From NCBI GenBank assembly GCA_010909165.1, contig MU008158.1, positions 3,249,478 through 3,313,477 on the forward strand: a stretch of DNA of 64,000 nt. Reading direction: 5' to 3'. The notes under the pieces are model-generated. The model did no database searches, was not told where the DNA came from, and saw nothing but the letters and a program-made list of their open reading frames with translations. This document shows, one piece after another, positions 1 through 11,770 of the stretch (position 1 is its first letter; every line of letters starts with the position of its first letter). This DNA is from Anthoceros angustus (taxonomy: Eukaryota; Plantae; Anthocerotophyta). Both the position numbers and the translations under genes were made by a program.

Positions 1-1
1 A

Positions 2-1081
2 AACATATCAAATCCTGCAAACAAGGAGCAGCTTGAGGCCCGTATGGCACAGGTCAGAGAAGATCCAACTCTCAAGCCCGTGCTTGAGGAGATTGAGACT
101 GGAGGCCCAGCAGCCATGATGAAGTATGTGGCAAAGTCGAATTCGTGGGTTTGTGTGTTTTCTCGTTTCTGTGTTGTCTGTGTCTCCAGGCTCTTCCCGG
201 GTGGTTTCTTGATTGAAACCTTTCTTGTCGACATCTTGTAGGTACTGGAATGATCCTGTGGTGCTCAGCAAGCTAGGGCGAGCTATGGGTGTTGGTGCTC
301 CTGGTGCTGAAGGCATGCCGTTTGCTTTGCCCACGGATGGTGCTCTGGACGAAGTTGATGATGCTGGAGAAGAGGAAGAAGATGAGCTCACTGTCCATCT
401 TACAGCTAGCACCGGAGATGTTGAGGTATTCCTTCTCATCTCTGTAAGAACGGTTCTAACAATTCTCTGCCCTGCTTTCTGGTTTGCAGACCCATGTTTC
501 TTCTGAAAATGGGGTCTGTCATGTTTGGTGAACAGGCCTTGAAGACCCTTCTTGCTGGCGGTGCCAATAAGGATGAGAAAGACTCTGAAGGCAGGACAGC
601 TCTGCATTTCGCCTGTGGTTATGGTGAAGTAAGTTTTGCACTTCCCCTTGTTATTCCGGTGCTGGTGAGGTAGCAGATCCGTTGTTCCTATTTGCCATCT
701 TTGCCTCTGACATGGTAGTTGGATTGCTGTGTTCGGCTCACAGCTTCAGTGCGCTGAAGTTCTACTGGAGGCTGGAGCAGCTGTGGATGCCCTTGACAAG
801 AACAGCAACACTGCTTTGCACTACGCAGCTGGTTATGGGCGCAAGGAATGTGTTGAGCTGCTGCTCAAGAACGGGGCTGCGGTGTAAGTGAAACCTGTAG
901 TGAAACACAGGTTTCATGAGTGTCCTTCATTGCATGTGAGTTTTTACTTAGTGCCTGAGACTCCGTATTTTCTGAATGCAGAACCTTGAGGAACTTGGAC
1001 AACAAGACTGCTATTGATGTTGCTAAGCTCAACAACCAAAAGGATGTCTTGAAGCTGCTAGAGAAAGACGCCTTTTTGTGA
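2..1081 (+). CDS. AKR2: Ankyrin repeat domain-containing protein 2 (AKR2/TIP-type), 3' part; 5' end lies upstream of the window
   Basis: GT-AG exons 2-123, 242-425, 536-628, 744-883, 982-1081 translate to ...[26 protein letters not shown]...[14 protein letters not shown]...[20 protein letters not shown]...KLLEKDAFL*, the typical AKR2 ankyrin repeats and C-terminus. Confidence 0.92.
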
Positions 1082-1622
1082 GAAGTGTAGCTATCACGGT
1101 CACGGAGATTCCCGGTGAAGGGCGTTACGTAGGTAGCTGTATTGGTTGACATAAAAACGCACATGGGTGTCCAATTTCTGAAAAACAGTACATTACTCAT
1201 TCACTCAACTTCTGTCTGGACAGAGTCCGGTTTGGCTGCCGATTCTACTTGAACTTCGTGTGCCGACCAAGCGTCGGTCGCATGTCACTCCATCGATGGC
1301 ACTTCAGAAGTAGCGAAACATGGGATACATCTAAATGCTGGGGACACGGAAAACGTAGACCATTGCCGGTCTTAGCTGCCAGCAGCCCTGATTTGGATTG
1401 TTGAATTATTTATCATGTGTGCTTAATACCCACACAGAGCCCTAATTCGCATATGTTATCACTTTTTGAGGAAAAGTGTGAACTTCGCTGGCTCTGAAGT
1501 GCTGTCTTGCTCCGCTGGACATCGTCTTCAACTTGACCTTTGGTCAGCCAAGTTATTCGGTCGTGGGATCACCCTATAAATTCGCGGTGTTCCCTCAGTT
1601 CATCCACCCGGGAAGCAACGGA

Positions 1623-2135
1623 ATGGGGGCTTTGTGCTCTTGCTTCCGGGGGGACCAGGACGCCGATCGGGAGGCAGAGCAGGCAAGCATTGCTGATGCT
1701 AGAGCCAAAGCAGCAGAAGCAGCACAGAAACGGTGTGGGCTGCTTGTCTCTTAGTCAAGTGTGTTAAGTTGAATTCTGGATTGAGTCAGGAGCAATCTGG
1801 CACTTGCACTAGGCAGGTTAAGGTTATCAAGGTGCGATGACGACAAATGCGTGAGTATTCTGTAGACTGAATGTGGGTTTACTGATTGACAGGCTTGATG
1901 CTTTCGACAAATCTCCTGGAGGGAAAGCTGCTCGAAAGGCTATCGAAGCTGCATCAAAACCTGCTCCTCCTCCGAATCGAGGCGAGCCCGCTCTCCGGGT
2001 AGGTTTGCACCCTCAGGAGGTCTTTGACATAAGCAATATGTGCGCAGCCTCTCAGGTACTCGTGAATTTGTTTTCGGTAACTTAAGACATTCCCTAAGTT
2101 GTTGCGCTTTTCCTTGGCAGTGGCAAGTTGGATGA
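1623..2135 (+). CDS. SVIP: Small VCP/p97-interacting protein (SVIP)-like microprotein, 76 aa, predicted N-myristoylated/S-acylated
   Basis: Exons 1623-1732, 1893-1998, 2121-2135 (GT-AG, 231 nt): MGALCSCFRGDQDADREAEQASIADARAKAAEAAQKRLDAFDKSPGGKAARKAIEAASKPAPPPNRGEPALRWQVG*. MG+CxC N-terminus, RAKAAEAAQKR helix and LRWQV end match my recollection of plant SVIP-family proteins. Confidence 0.7.
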
Positions 2136-3240
2136 TCATGAAAGTTTTTGTGTGCACGACGTTTCTTCACACCCTCAACAAAAATGTCAGTTTTCTGCTT
2201 TCGCGACGTGATAAAAGTCATTCTGATTTAGTTCCTCGGATCTACATGACGGATACATGGCTTTTTGTGGGAGTGATGTCCCAGAAGACCAACAAGCACA
2301 ACATTGTTGTGCAGTCCTTCTCACAATGCTTGACAGACTCTCAGCGAAGGATGACAGGGAGATAAAAGTTGAGGATTGTTGTTCTGGATTTGAGTTGTCC
2401 CAAATTTTTGTTACTCCTTATGGTGACTTGTGCTGGGAACTGGTCACAGTGCATGTATTTTGCTTTAAAACGGAGCTGGCTTCCAAATACACATATCAAA
2501 ACGTAGCTGGCTACCAAAAACCCACATCAAACGCACAGCAGGAAGCAACTCTGCATGATGGTAATTGTGGGAGTGAAAACAGGATTACCCGATTTTTCTG
2601 TATTTATATGTGCAGCCCCGTCCTTTAGGGGTTAACAAGGGAATGGAACGCCAAACGCCAACCTCAAACCCTCCGTGGGGCTTCCTGTCAACAACAGGAC
2701 CCCACACTATGTTCCTTCACGAATTTGGATAGCCCCGCACAACTTCGAACAACTAGAGCCTTACATCCCGGTGCAATAGAAACCCCAATAATATATTTTT
2801 GCCTGTGCACTTGTTGCCAAGGACTCATTAGAAGTTGCCCATGATTTCGACACCGAAAGAAAGATATTGCAGACTTCCTACATCTTGATATTCACAGGCA
2901 GGAGTCCGTCCCCGCGGACCCGATACGGGGAGTGGGGGTGCGGGGAGTGCAGGGGTGCAGGGGTGCGGGGAGGAGTATGTGCTGTTCGAGTTGGGGGTTT
3001 AGCTAAGTTTTTATTTTTATTAATGTGATTATGAATTCTTCGAGGAATGCTGTTCTTTATGGTGTGGTTATGGCGGTTGTGGGATGTACTTAAGACGTAC
3101 TTGAGCTTTTGGATCAATTGGATGTGAAATATTTTCAACCATCTATCATTATGCAATCATCATTGTGTCATGAAGATTCTTCTTTAGATGATGCCATGGA
3201 TGATGTCTTATCATCGTACTTAGACATACAAGCTTTCCTC

Positions 3241-3610
3241 TCAAATTTTCAGCTGTTGCGTAACTAGCTAGTGTGATTTGATGTTAGAGAAGGCGATAGT
3301 AGCATAGCGGGGTGTCTCGTGTACATGTACAACTGCAAGTAGTTGCAAGGTCAGGCCAAGACCCATTCCATGCTGTTATTTCCTATCTGGAATTTTCAGC
3401 TGATGTGTAACCAGACTATGATGTGAAATTAGGGAAGGCGATGGAAGAATGACGGGGTCTCATTTACATATACAATTGCAAGGTAAGGCCAAGACCCATT
3501 CCATGTTGTGATTTCCTATCTCAAAATTTTATTTGATGCGTAACTAGACTGTGATGTATAACGAGACTGTGATGTGACATTAGAGAAGGCGATGCTAGTA
3601 GGACAGGGTC
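3241..3610. repeat. Imperfect tandem repeat, ~133-150 bp unit, ~2.5 copies
   Basis: Recurring blocks: aattttcagctg (3243, 3391), ggccaagacccattccatg (3354, 3487), tag(a/g)gaaggcgat (3285, 3430, 3581). Confidence 0.75.
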
Positions 3611-4399
3611 TTGGGTGAATAGGGAGTGACAAGGCCGGTGCACGGTAGGAGAGACGTGTTTGGAGGGCTAGATCCGGGTGCCGTAGCACAGAGAAGGGCG
3701 AGTGTACTGTCACCAGCAAGTAACAAACATGTGTTGAGTGTGGACAGTGAAAACAACGCAAGGGAGTGGAAGAGGCAGGTGGCAGAGGGAGGACAAGAAT
3801 GGAGCAGCGAACAGAAGCCATGGTTGAGGTAGGGGCAAAAAGGAGCGTAACGGACATGAGGCATTTGTCTGGGGGGAGAGAGAAGGAGGGAGGACTACAA
3901 GGGGAACATTCAGGTGCGTTAAAAAAGAGCCAGAGGAAGTCGACAATTCGTGGTCGTGGGAGGCACACATAATGGCGGTGACGTAGAGGAGAACATGGAG
4001 GCAGAAGAGGAGGCAGTCGATGAAATTCAAGACGTGCCTTTTTAGGAGGCACTGGATAGAGAAAAATAGGCTGTTGTGCTAGAAATTTGGGGCATAAAGA
4101 TACGTCGAGATTTGCACAAATGGTAAATACAAAGTACCATATAATGAACATGTATTGACTAGCATATGTACGTAACTCGTATGACATACATATTTATTAC
4201 ATACAAAATATAATATGAACATATATCATTGAAAATACAATACCGTATATGTCACCGTAAATGATACACGTATAGTACGAAGAACATGTTGATACGGGCA
4301 TTTATGTGTGGTGGTATTGATGGGTGTATTAGTAGTAACGACTATATGTAAAACTTGGTATTCCATAGGGCAAAAGTAAAAAGAGAATGGCAGAGGGTG

Positions 4400-4663
4400 A
4401 GGAGGACTTTTTTGGTAACACTTTATATGTTGCAATCTTGTTGCAATCTTGAGAGAGGACAAAAGCGCCTCTCACTTCATCTCAACATAATTGCAACACC
4501 CTTGCAACATGATTGCAACAAAAGCATTGGTATGGTTTCCAAGCCAAAGTGTAAAAAGGGGCCCAAAAAGTGTTACATAGCCCCAAAATTGCAACATGAG
4601 CGTTACATCCAGGGGTCCAAATCTTAACATAAAGTGTAACATAAGCAGGCATTTCTAGTAGGG
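4400..4663 (-). mobile_element. Putative terminus of a second CACTA-type element (degenerate TIR plus subterminal repeats)
   Basis: tttctagtagg(g) at ~4652-4663 is one mismatch from the reverse complement of CACTACTAGAAA. It is preceded by many ttgcaac/tgttgcaa and gttac/gtaac subterminal motifs. The partner end was not found. Confidence 0.4.
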
Positions 4664-4878
4664 AGGGGAGATTGCTTCAGCCCCTGGCCTGCGGATTTTG
4701 GGAATCCCCTTTGGTTCCTCGGCTTCGTTGGGAGCTTCCTTGACTAGGCTCTCGTGGAAGACCTGTCCCACATCTAGGACCTTCCTTTGCTGAAGGATGC
4801 ACATGTGGCCTTCGGTATACTTTCCTCAAGTTTTGCCAGGCGCCCTGGTTATCTCATCCGCACGTTGCAATCTCCTGT
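4664..4878 (+). mobile_element. CRE-like (RLE-type) non-LTR retrotransposon, 5'-truncated fragment (end of RT domain)
   Basis: Translates (with stops and a frameshift) GLRILGIPFGS...ALVEDL...LPLLKDAHVAFGILSSSFARRPGYLIRTLQSP, and continues in frame at 10385 once the CACTA insertion is removed. Confidence 0.75.
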
Positions 4879-4898
4879 ACAGGAGATTGCAACGTGCG
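4859..4898. repeat. Perfect 40-bp palindrome (20-nt inverted duplication of the flank) at the LINE/CACTA junction
   Basis: cgcacgttgcaatctcctgt|acaggagattgcaacgtgcg; centre between 4878 and 4879, immediately after the TGT target-site duplication. Confidence 0.95.
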
Positions 4899-6950
4899 AT
4901 CTCAGTTTGGCCTGTGCTTTTGGTCATACACAACCTCCCTCCTTGGCTGTCTCACAAGAAAAATAGCATCCTTATGCCCCTGCTAATCCAGCCCGCACTG
5001 CACGAACATGGATATCTACCTTGCACCTTTGCTTTCTGAATTAGCAATTTTGTTCCAGGGCATCCCGGCTACTGACAGCTCCAAGCCGATAGGGCATCCT
5101 CAAAGACAATTCTACCTCCGTGCAGCACTCCTCACGGCCACTTGCGACTACCCAGGCCTCGGTCACTTCTTTGGTTTACAGGTCCGTGGCTATATGGCTT
5201 GCACGGATTGCGAGTCCCTCCGGCCCGATGGTCCTCCGCTCGAACAAATTGATCGTCGAGGTCACCGTGGCGGTGCCCCATAGGCGACCGAGGAGGCATG
5301 AAAAGCGGATTTCTTCAACAACCTCCGGGCGCAGACTCCAGCCCGTTTACAATCGATGGCGATATGGTGGACGAGATGGCGCGATGGATGTGCCGATCTT
5401 TGCACTGGCGCACAAGAACCCGTAGTCGATTCGCCGCGATGCATTGTTCGTGGCCCTTCCATACTGCGGGTAAGACAAGCTTTATCCCGAGTTGATGCAT
5501 TGGCGTATAGGGCCACACAAGAGTGTTTCTCACGGGTTATCATTGCATTGTAGGGAATTGAAAAGCGTAGACGAAGGGCGTCATGCGTCGAGGCAAACAA
5601 TTGCCAGGCCATTTGGCATGTCCTATCTGGCCAGTGGGACACTCTTAATGCTCGCATCGACATGGAAGAAAATGATTCAAAGCCCTGGTTGTGGCCCATA
5701 CATGAGGATGGAGTAGCTCATATGCCAGATGCATCTTATGTTTTGGGTAGGGGCCATCTGGAGGCTGTGAAACGCGAAATAGCGGACATCAGGCCTCCGA
5801 CGGATTCGGCTAATCTCCGTGCATTCAGGAGAGAAAGTAGCGAGGATGAAGAGCCATGGCGGCATTGCCCTCTAGTACTTACCCATTGCGCTAAGAGGAC
5901 GATTGGATGGGCACAGTATAGCATTACAAAGCGGCGCCCTATACCGGTGGATATGTCAAAGGACATCAGTTTGGTGACTTGCCAACTATGAAAGCACATG
6001 CTATTGATGTCGCCATTGCCACGGAAAGTGTTATGCCCTCTACTTTTTGGAACATCATGGAACATCTAATTATACATTTGGTCGAGGAGGTGGAGACCCA
6101 TGGCATCCCGCCGTTGGATGTACCCATTCGAAGGTACATGCTCGTCTGAAGAACCATGTCCAGCACGACACGAAGGAGCATGGCCACCGTTATATGGCCA
6201 TGGAAGCAATGCATTACGCGGCGAATACTTATCCATAGCGCATCGACGAGCCATTTGTTTGGCGTCGGACTCTCTGGAAAGGCGATGAGAGGCCAATCGG
6301 GAAGGGCGTGAAAACCAGGCGGCGCAGACGGCGAGGACTTCATTGGTACCTTGTCCTACACTCAAGCACTATGGAGCCATGTAGGCGGATGTACAACGCG
6401 AGAATCCCAAGGCATGGACTTCATCACATGGCTTAAACAGAACCGCATGCGGGTGCCTTTGATGACATGGACAACAAAGCGGACATCACGGCCTTGGCTT
6501 GGGGCCACGCTCACGGAACAATGACATATCGAGGACTCGAGTCACATGGATATCATTTTAGACCAAAGCTGCGGACGAGAATCGGCAAGCCACTTGAGAA
6601 CGATTGGGTCCATGGCGATTCGAGATGGAAGGACATGATGCTCCACCGGACTTTTCGGCAGTTAACGGATTACGAGGTGGCTTGTGAAGAGGGGACCTAA
6701 GCTTCATGGTTTTCGAGGTGGATTGGTTCGAGTGCGATGGCAACCGGTCCATGGTCCGCGATTTCTCGCTTCTTTAATGTTGACACTCGCGGACCTTATC
6801 GATACCACCGCGACCACCAGGGGGGCCTTTCACGTTCCCGCCCATGTGAGGCAAGTATTGGCACCACGAGATGTTATGCCGGGGCGCGGGTGGATGATTT
6901 GCACACTGCACTGCGAAGTTCGAGTCGGAATGTGGGATGATTAACAAGTG
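4899..6950 (+). pseudogene. CACTA TnpD-type transposase remnant (Transposase_21, DUF4218 and DUF4216-like segments)
   Basis: ISVWPVLLVIHNLPPWLSHKK; MDIYLAPLLSEL...FYLRAALLTATCDYPG...GYMACTDC; FWNIMEHLIIHLVEE...RWMYPFE..M..LKNHV; TYRGLESHGYHFR. Multiple frameshifts and stops; starts mid-domain. Confidence 0.85.
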
Positions 6951-9900
6951 GCTTACAAATACAAGACATGCATGGGATGATACAATTACAAGACATGTTC
7001 TTTGGGGCACGACCTCATGGACACACTCACTCGGCTTTCCACGCAGCCCGCTCGTGCCTCGGGCACAAGGTAATGTCTGAAGGCCGAAATGGCATTGAAC
7101 ATATGACGCAGTCCATGCAGGAGTTGAGACGCCGAATGACTTCTGCGCAGCTGTAGAACCCATCGTCCGGGCTTTCGGCCTCATCATCGGCGATCCCCCG
7201 GTCTGGGGAGGCATCAGGCCACGGTAATTGCAGCATTGCTAGCTGCGTATCTGTTGTCACAAGCTCAGTGGTGGCAGGAGACTCTTGGCACAAGCTCAGT
7301 ATTGTCGTCGGAGAAGAGGGGAGCATCTTCATCTTGAAGGGGCATCGACTCTTGATATCGTGGGTCCTCCATGGCACTCGTCGAGTGTGTTGGTGGTGGC
7401 GGGTTTAAAAGAGTGGGTCAGTCAAAGCACCCAAATCGTGGTCAAGCTGCAGGGTGTGTGTGGTCTTATTCCAGCACTCGGCTGTCACAATTTTTTGCAC
7501 GACGAGTCACGGATTTACTGCAGCCACTCTGCGTCTTGCGTCAGTTCGCCGAACTGCCGCGACCAATCAAGCCGGTGTAGTGATGTGGATGCACTTTATT
7601 CACCTAGCGACGCATGGTGCCAGGGGCGTATGCTGACAAGGCTGAATGGGACTAGGGCCGTATGCTAGAGATTCCATATGCTGCACCGTCAGAGGTCACG
7701 GGAAAAGACTCAGGCCACTTGATTGAGTTTGGAGGGCCTTGACTCCTTCCATTTTATCTGTCCACACCACAGGCCTTCATGGAAGCCGACATGGATCCGG
7801 AGGTTAGCGAGGATGTGCGAGGTGCCGCCGATATGGATGTGTTGGAGATGGAGATGGCAAGCACGGTGGTCGAGAAGAGCTTTGTGTCATTACAAGCACG
7901 CAAGAAGCCGAAATCAAAGGAGCTTCCGGTCATGACCAGTCGCTCTTACAGCTGCTTTTGCGGTTTTGCGCCCATGTTCCCTTACGTCACGGTCAAGGCT
8001 GAGGTGAAGTGGGCGCCGGCTCATGCCATCGGCGTGAGCCAAGCCACACCACACAGTCGCCATGTCGGGGAGATGGCGTCATCCAAAGTGTGCCAGACTT
8101 TCCTGATCGTGAGACCGCTGGCCAATGCAAGGATAGGGCTGTTGGGTTTGAACTTCCCGAGCAAACGCTGCAATGGGTAGGGTCTTCATGTCCGCGTTTT
8201 GGCCATGTGCATAGTTCAATGGTATGTTCCCTGCAAGTCTAGCGCTCTCTTTCCCTTTCGCTTCCTCGTTGTTACGCTAATCCCGATTGTGTGTCTCACA
8301 CGGTTATTGAGGTCACGGTGAAAGATGCCTTCTTGGGTAGGCGTGGGGCCTCATGTGAGGGGACATCGGGCGATGATGGGGAGGAGAGCATGGGTGGTGG
8401 GCGGGGAGGAGCTAGAAGGTGGCGAGGTGAGGGCTCGAGCCGGAGGAATTACAATGTGGACGGGCACCTTTCATGCGCAATGGAATAAAAGCTTCATCGA
8501 TGTTGGTGGAGATCCGAGCACGATGGTGGGGGCGTGGATAGCGATCGGTGGCGAGCTTCACCGGTGCCATTAGGACCGGCTTTGAAGGCGCTTGCTCACA
8601 TTCACGGCCACGGATGGTGCAAGCAACATCAAGACGGTCGTTGAACAAGAAGTAGGGCTGTTTGGGCGGGGAGGGACATGGACGAGTGCCTTCATGGCCC
8701 GGGTGCACGAGTTGGTGGTTACCAGGCAGATTTTGACTTGCTAGTCGCAAGGACAAGTCCTCACTCGTCTGCTGGACTTGGTTGCGAGAATTTCCAAAGG
8801 TCTGAATCGGGATTACATCAAGCAGTTCGACAATTGTCTTGGGCTCGCAATTATTTTGTCCGAACCAGGTCCGAGAGGCGGAATTAAGGAGGAATCGGGC
8901 GTGGTGACCATCTTCGCCGAGCAATGTGGGCTTGGCCGCTGGGCCGAAGGTGGGCGGAGTGTGCGGTGGCAGCAAACCACGGCGTGTGGCACATGCCACA
9001 CAGCGGCGGTGGGCGCGTATCGCAAAGCATGGCAAGGCGGGACAAATCCATACGGAAAGGTGGATTGGTGGATTCGAGGCGACAATCCGTGGTCCCGGAG
9101 AAGGTTGCATCTCGTGGAGATGGGCCAATGGAGTCGGCGCATCCCTTCTCCCGCACTTGCAGTGGTGAGCCTAGAGTTTTCTTATAACGACTTCTTTGGG
9201 TTTGTATTGAACATGTCGTGTTAGGATCAGGTGTTGAGCCGGGAATGATGTTGTTCTCTGTGCAGGCAATATGGAAGCGCCTAAAGCTTCGCATGGCGGG
9301 GACAAGTCGGTGGACGGAGACGCGTCTGGAACTTCAGCAGCATGCGTGGCTGCCATTGACATTGTGCTTTCATCTCAAGTGTCACCGGGAGCGCACCATC
9401 GGGAAGAGCAACGCGGAGCAGAGCGAGCGTCGGTAAGCAGCCCATGTCCATTGTGGATACTTCTTGCAGCTATGCGCATGGATTGTGTCTCAGTCCCATG
9501 GGATCGATGTCCGGTGGGGAGTGCGAAGGAGGAGCGGCGAGGGGAATCCATCGCAAAACACAAGCCCACACCGATTCGGACGGATTGGGAATGCGGGAAA
9601 GCGAGCCGTCATGGTGGTGCATCGCAGCATAAACGCCGCTAAACCGGATGGGCCCCCACTTTACCTGCGCATCGCTATCTTTAGGGGCATGGGCAATTCT
9701 TGCTTGCGTTTTTTGTAGACTCCATGACTAAGCACCAAATGCACACCGTGGGTGTTTGATTACGAGCTCCCGAACGTGCTTTCGCTAATGTAAATGGGCA
9801 TCCTTATCGAATCACTTTGAGCAGGCATCACCCTTTTTGTGGAACCCAGCACCGGGCGGATGTTCTGCGATCGTGAAAATCAAGCGTAGCCGATTGTTGA

Positions 9901-10381
9901 TGCGGTGTGGCACTGTTGGCGTGCTGCGGACGTGAAAGTCTGGATTGACTGTTAAGTCTAATAGCGCGAACACCACCCGGGAGGGCCGAAACTATGTTTG
10001 GAATTCAAAGCAGAACCGTACTAGCGACGGTATGCGCTGACGTCGGCGGACATTGTGTGCGGACGTCGTACACACCGGTGGAGAACGGGACGGCGGACAT
10101 GCTTACTGCCGGTCCGCTCAGCGGCCGAGGTGCTTGAGGTGGGCGGTCCGGTTCTCCTCTTCCGTCCGTTCATGGAGACGGATAGCCACGGATTTCCCAC
10201 GGCGTGCGGGTTAACCAAGGGAGGAGGCCTGGGGTTCCCGTGTCATTAGCCCGCTGTCTGACGTTCTCGTTATGACAATGTAAAGACGGAATGCATCCTG
10301 GGCAGCCGCGTCATTAGAGGGAGGATTTCGTCTCCATTTTGTCTTTATTTTTGTCTTAATATCATCTACATTGTTGTAGTG
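4899..10381 (+). mobile_element. CACTA (En/Spm) DNA transposon, left end deleted, degenerate
   Basis: Right TIR ttgttgtagtg (reverse complement CACTACAACAA) ends at 10381. TGT TSD at 4876-4878 and 10382-10384. Internal transposase remnants; subterminal tgtctt/cgtct motifs at 10250-10370. Confidence 0.85.
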
Positions 10382-10384
10382 TGT

Positions 10385-11770
10385 CCTTCTGTCTCGGCTG
10401 CAGGGGTTTGACAGGAATATCATGGACACTCTTGGTGACATCATGGGCCCTGGGGCTTTCGAATGCCCTATAGGCGATCCTGCTCGTTGGCAAGCATCTT
10501 TGCCAGTGCAACTTGGAGGAACAGATCTGCTGTCGCAGGAGGTATCTTCTCTGCTAGCGTTCTTGGGCAGCACAGCCCTCTCTGCCCCTGCTTTGGCCTC
10601 TCGCTTCATCCTCCAGGACAAGCCCTTTCTAGAGGATTTTGTATCAGGAGTGGGGGAGAGAACTTTCCCTTCCCAAGTATCCTTCAGGTAGGCTAGGGAT
10701 ATGTTATCGGCTGATAACATGTCCCTAGGCCGACTTCCCTCCCTTCACGACATTCATCATCGATGGCTTCAGGGGGTTGCAAGCATCCTTGCTTGAGAAA
10801 CAGCTTGGTCAGGCCTTCCAGTCCGTCCTCATGGACCCCTCCATCCCTAGGTTCACAAGAGCTCGGCTTCGCTCTTGCTTTGGGAAAGGTGTAGGTGTCT
10901 GGATACTGACTCGTCCATGTATACGGGGCTTTCACATCACTCCAACCACCTTCTCTACTGCGATGCGCTTCCGTTTTGGCTCACTCCAGCCTGTGGCTTC
11001 CTCTCTCCTTACTTGCATGTGCGGCTCTGCCCTTGATGACTTGGGATGTACCTTGCTCATTGCCCCCATGGGAGTCATCGCATTTCCACCCATGCATGAT
11101 GCCATCCGCGATGTCATGGTTGCCATTGCTCATAAAAGTGGCTACATGGCCTGAAGGGAGCGGGGTATACTCTTTGCTCTGGTCGGTCAATCAGGGCTGA
11201 CTTGTACCTCGTTCGTGGCGACCTAGTCTCAGTGGCGGACGTGGTGGTAACTGACCATGCATGCAACTCCATCTTTGCACATGTTATCATTAACTGTCTA
11301 GGTTGGGCTGCTGTCGGAGCGGCGACTATCAAAGTTAGGAAATATAGCAGGATTCAAGCGGGCCACCAATTCATTCTGCTCGCCCTTGAAATACATGGGG
11401 CGTTAGCTAAGGACTTAGATACTTTTCTCAAGTCATGCGCTAAGGCTTATCATGCCCGCAGGCATGGAGCGGGGCTGTCCCTCTACTTTTTTATGGCATT
11501 CTTCAGACACTGAGTGTCAATTACTCTTCAACAGGCCCTCTACAGCGATCATCCACAAAGTAGCGACAGCAGGTGACCCATCCTGCTCTACCTCCGTAGT
11601 TTGTAGGCCATTTTCTCTTGCCGCGCATGACATCAAAGGTGCAGTCGATAACTTTCGCTAGAGAGCTTTGTTGCTCCTTTTCACCTCGATCCTCAGTTTC
11701 CCCCTTGGTTGTCCTCTGCTAGATGGGCTTCTCCCATCAATTTTTTTCCCTCAATAAACTTTTAATTTAT
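10385..11770 (+). mobile_element. CRE-like non-LTR retrotransposon, 3' part: post-RT region, Zn-knuckle, restriction-like endonuclease, 3' UTR
   Basis: FDRNIMDTL...WQASLPVQLGG; ARLRSCFGKGVGVWI; MRFRFG; CMCG...HDAIRD; ADLYLVRG...ADVVVTD (PD-(D/E)xK-type); KVRKY; LALEIHG; VSITLQ. Ends aataaacttttaatttattttt. Contains stops (e.g. 11152) and frameshifts. Confidence 0.8.

Noticed and set aside
8-607. 199-aa minus-strand ORF
   Set aside because: Antisense to AKR2 exons and introns; no motif support.
7000-9400. Independent genes in the many 60-240 aa ORFs
   Set aside because: They lie inside the CACTA boundaries and probably represent decayed TnpA-like or captured sequence; no motif I could support.
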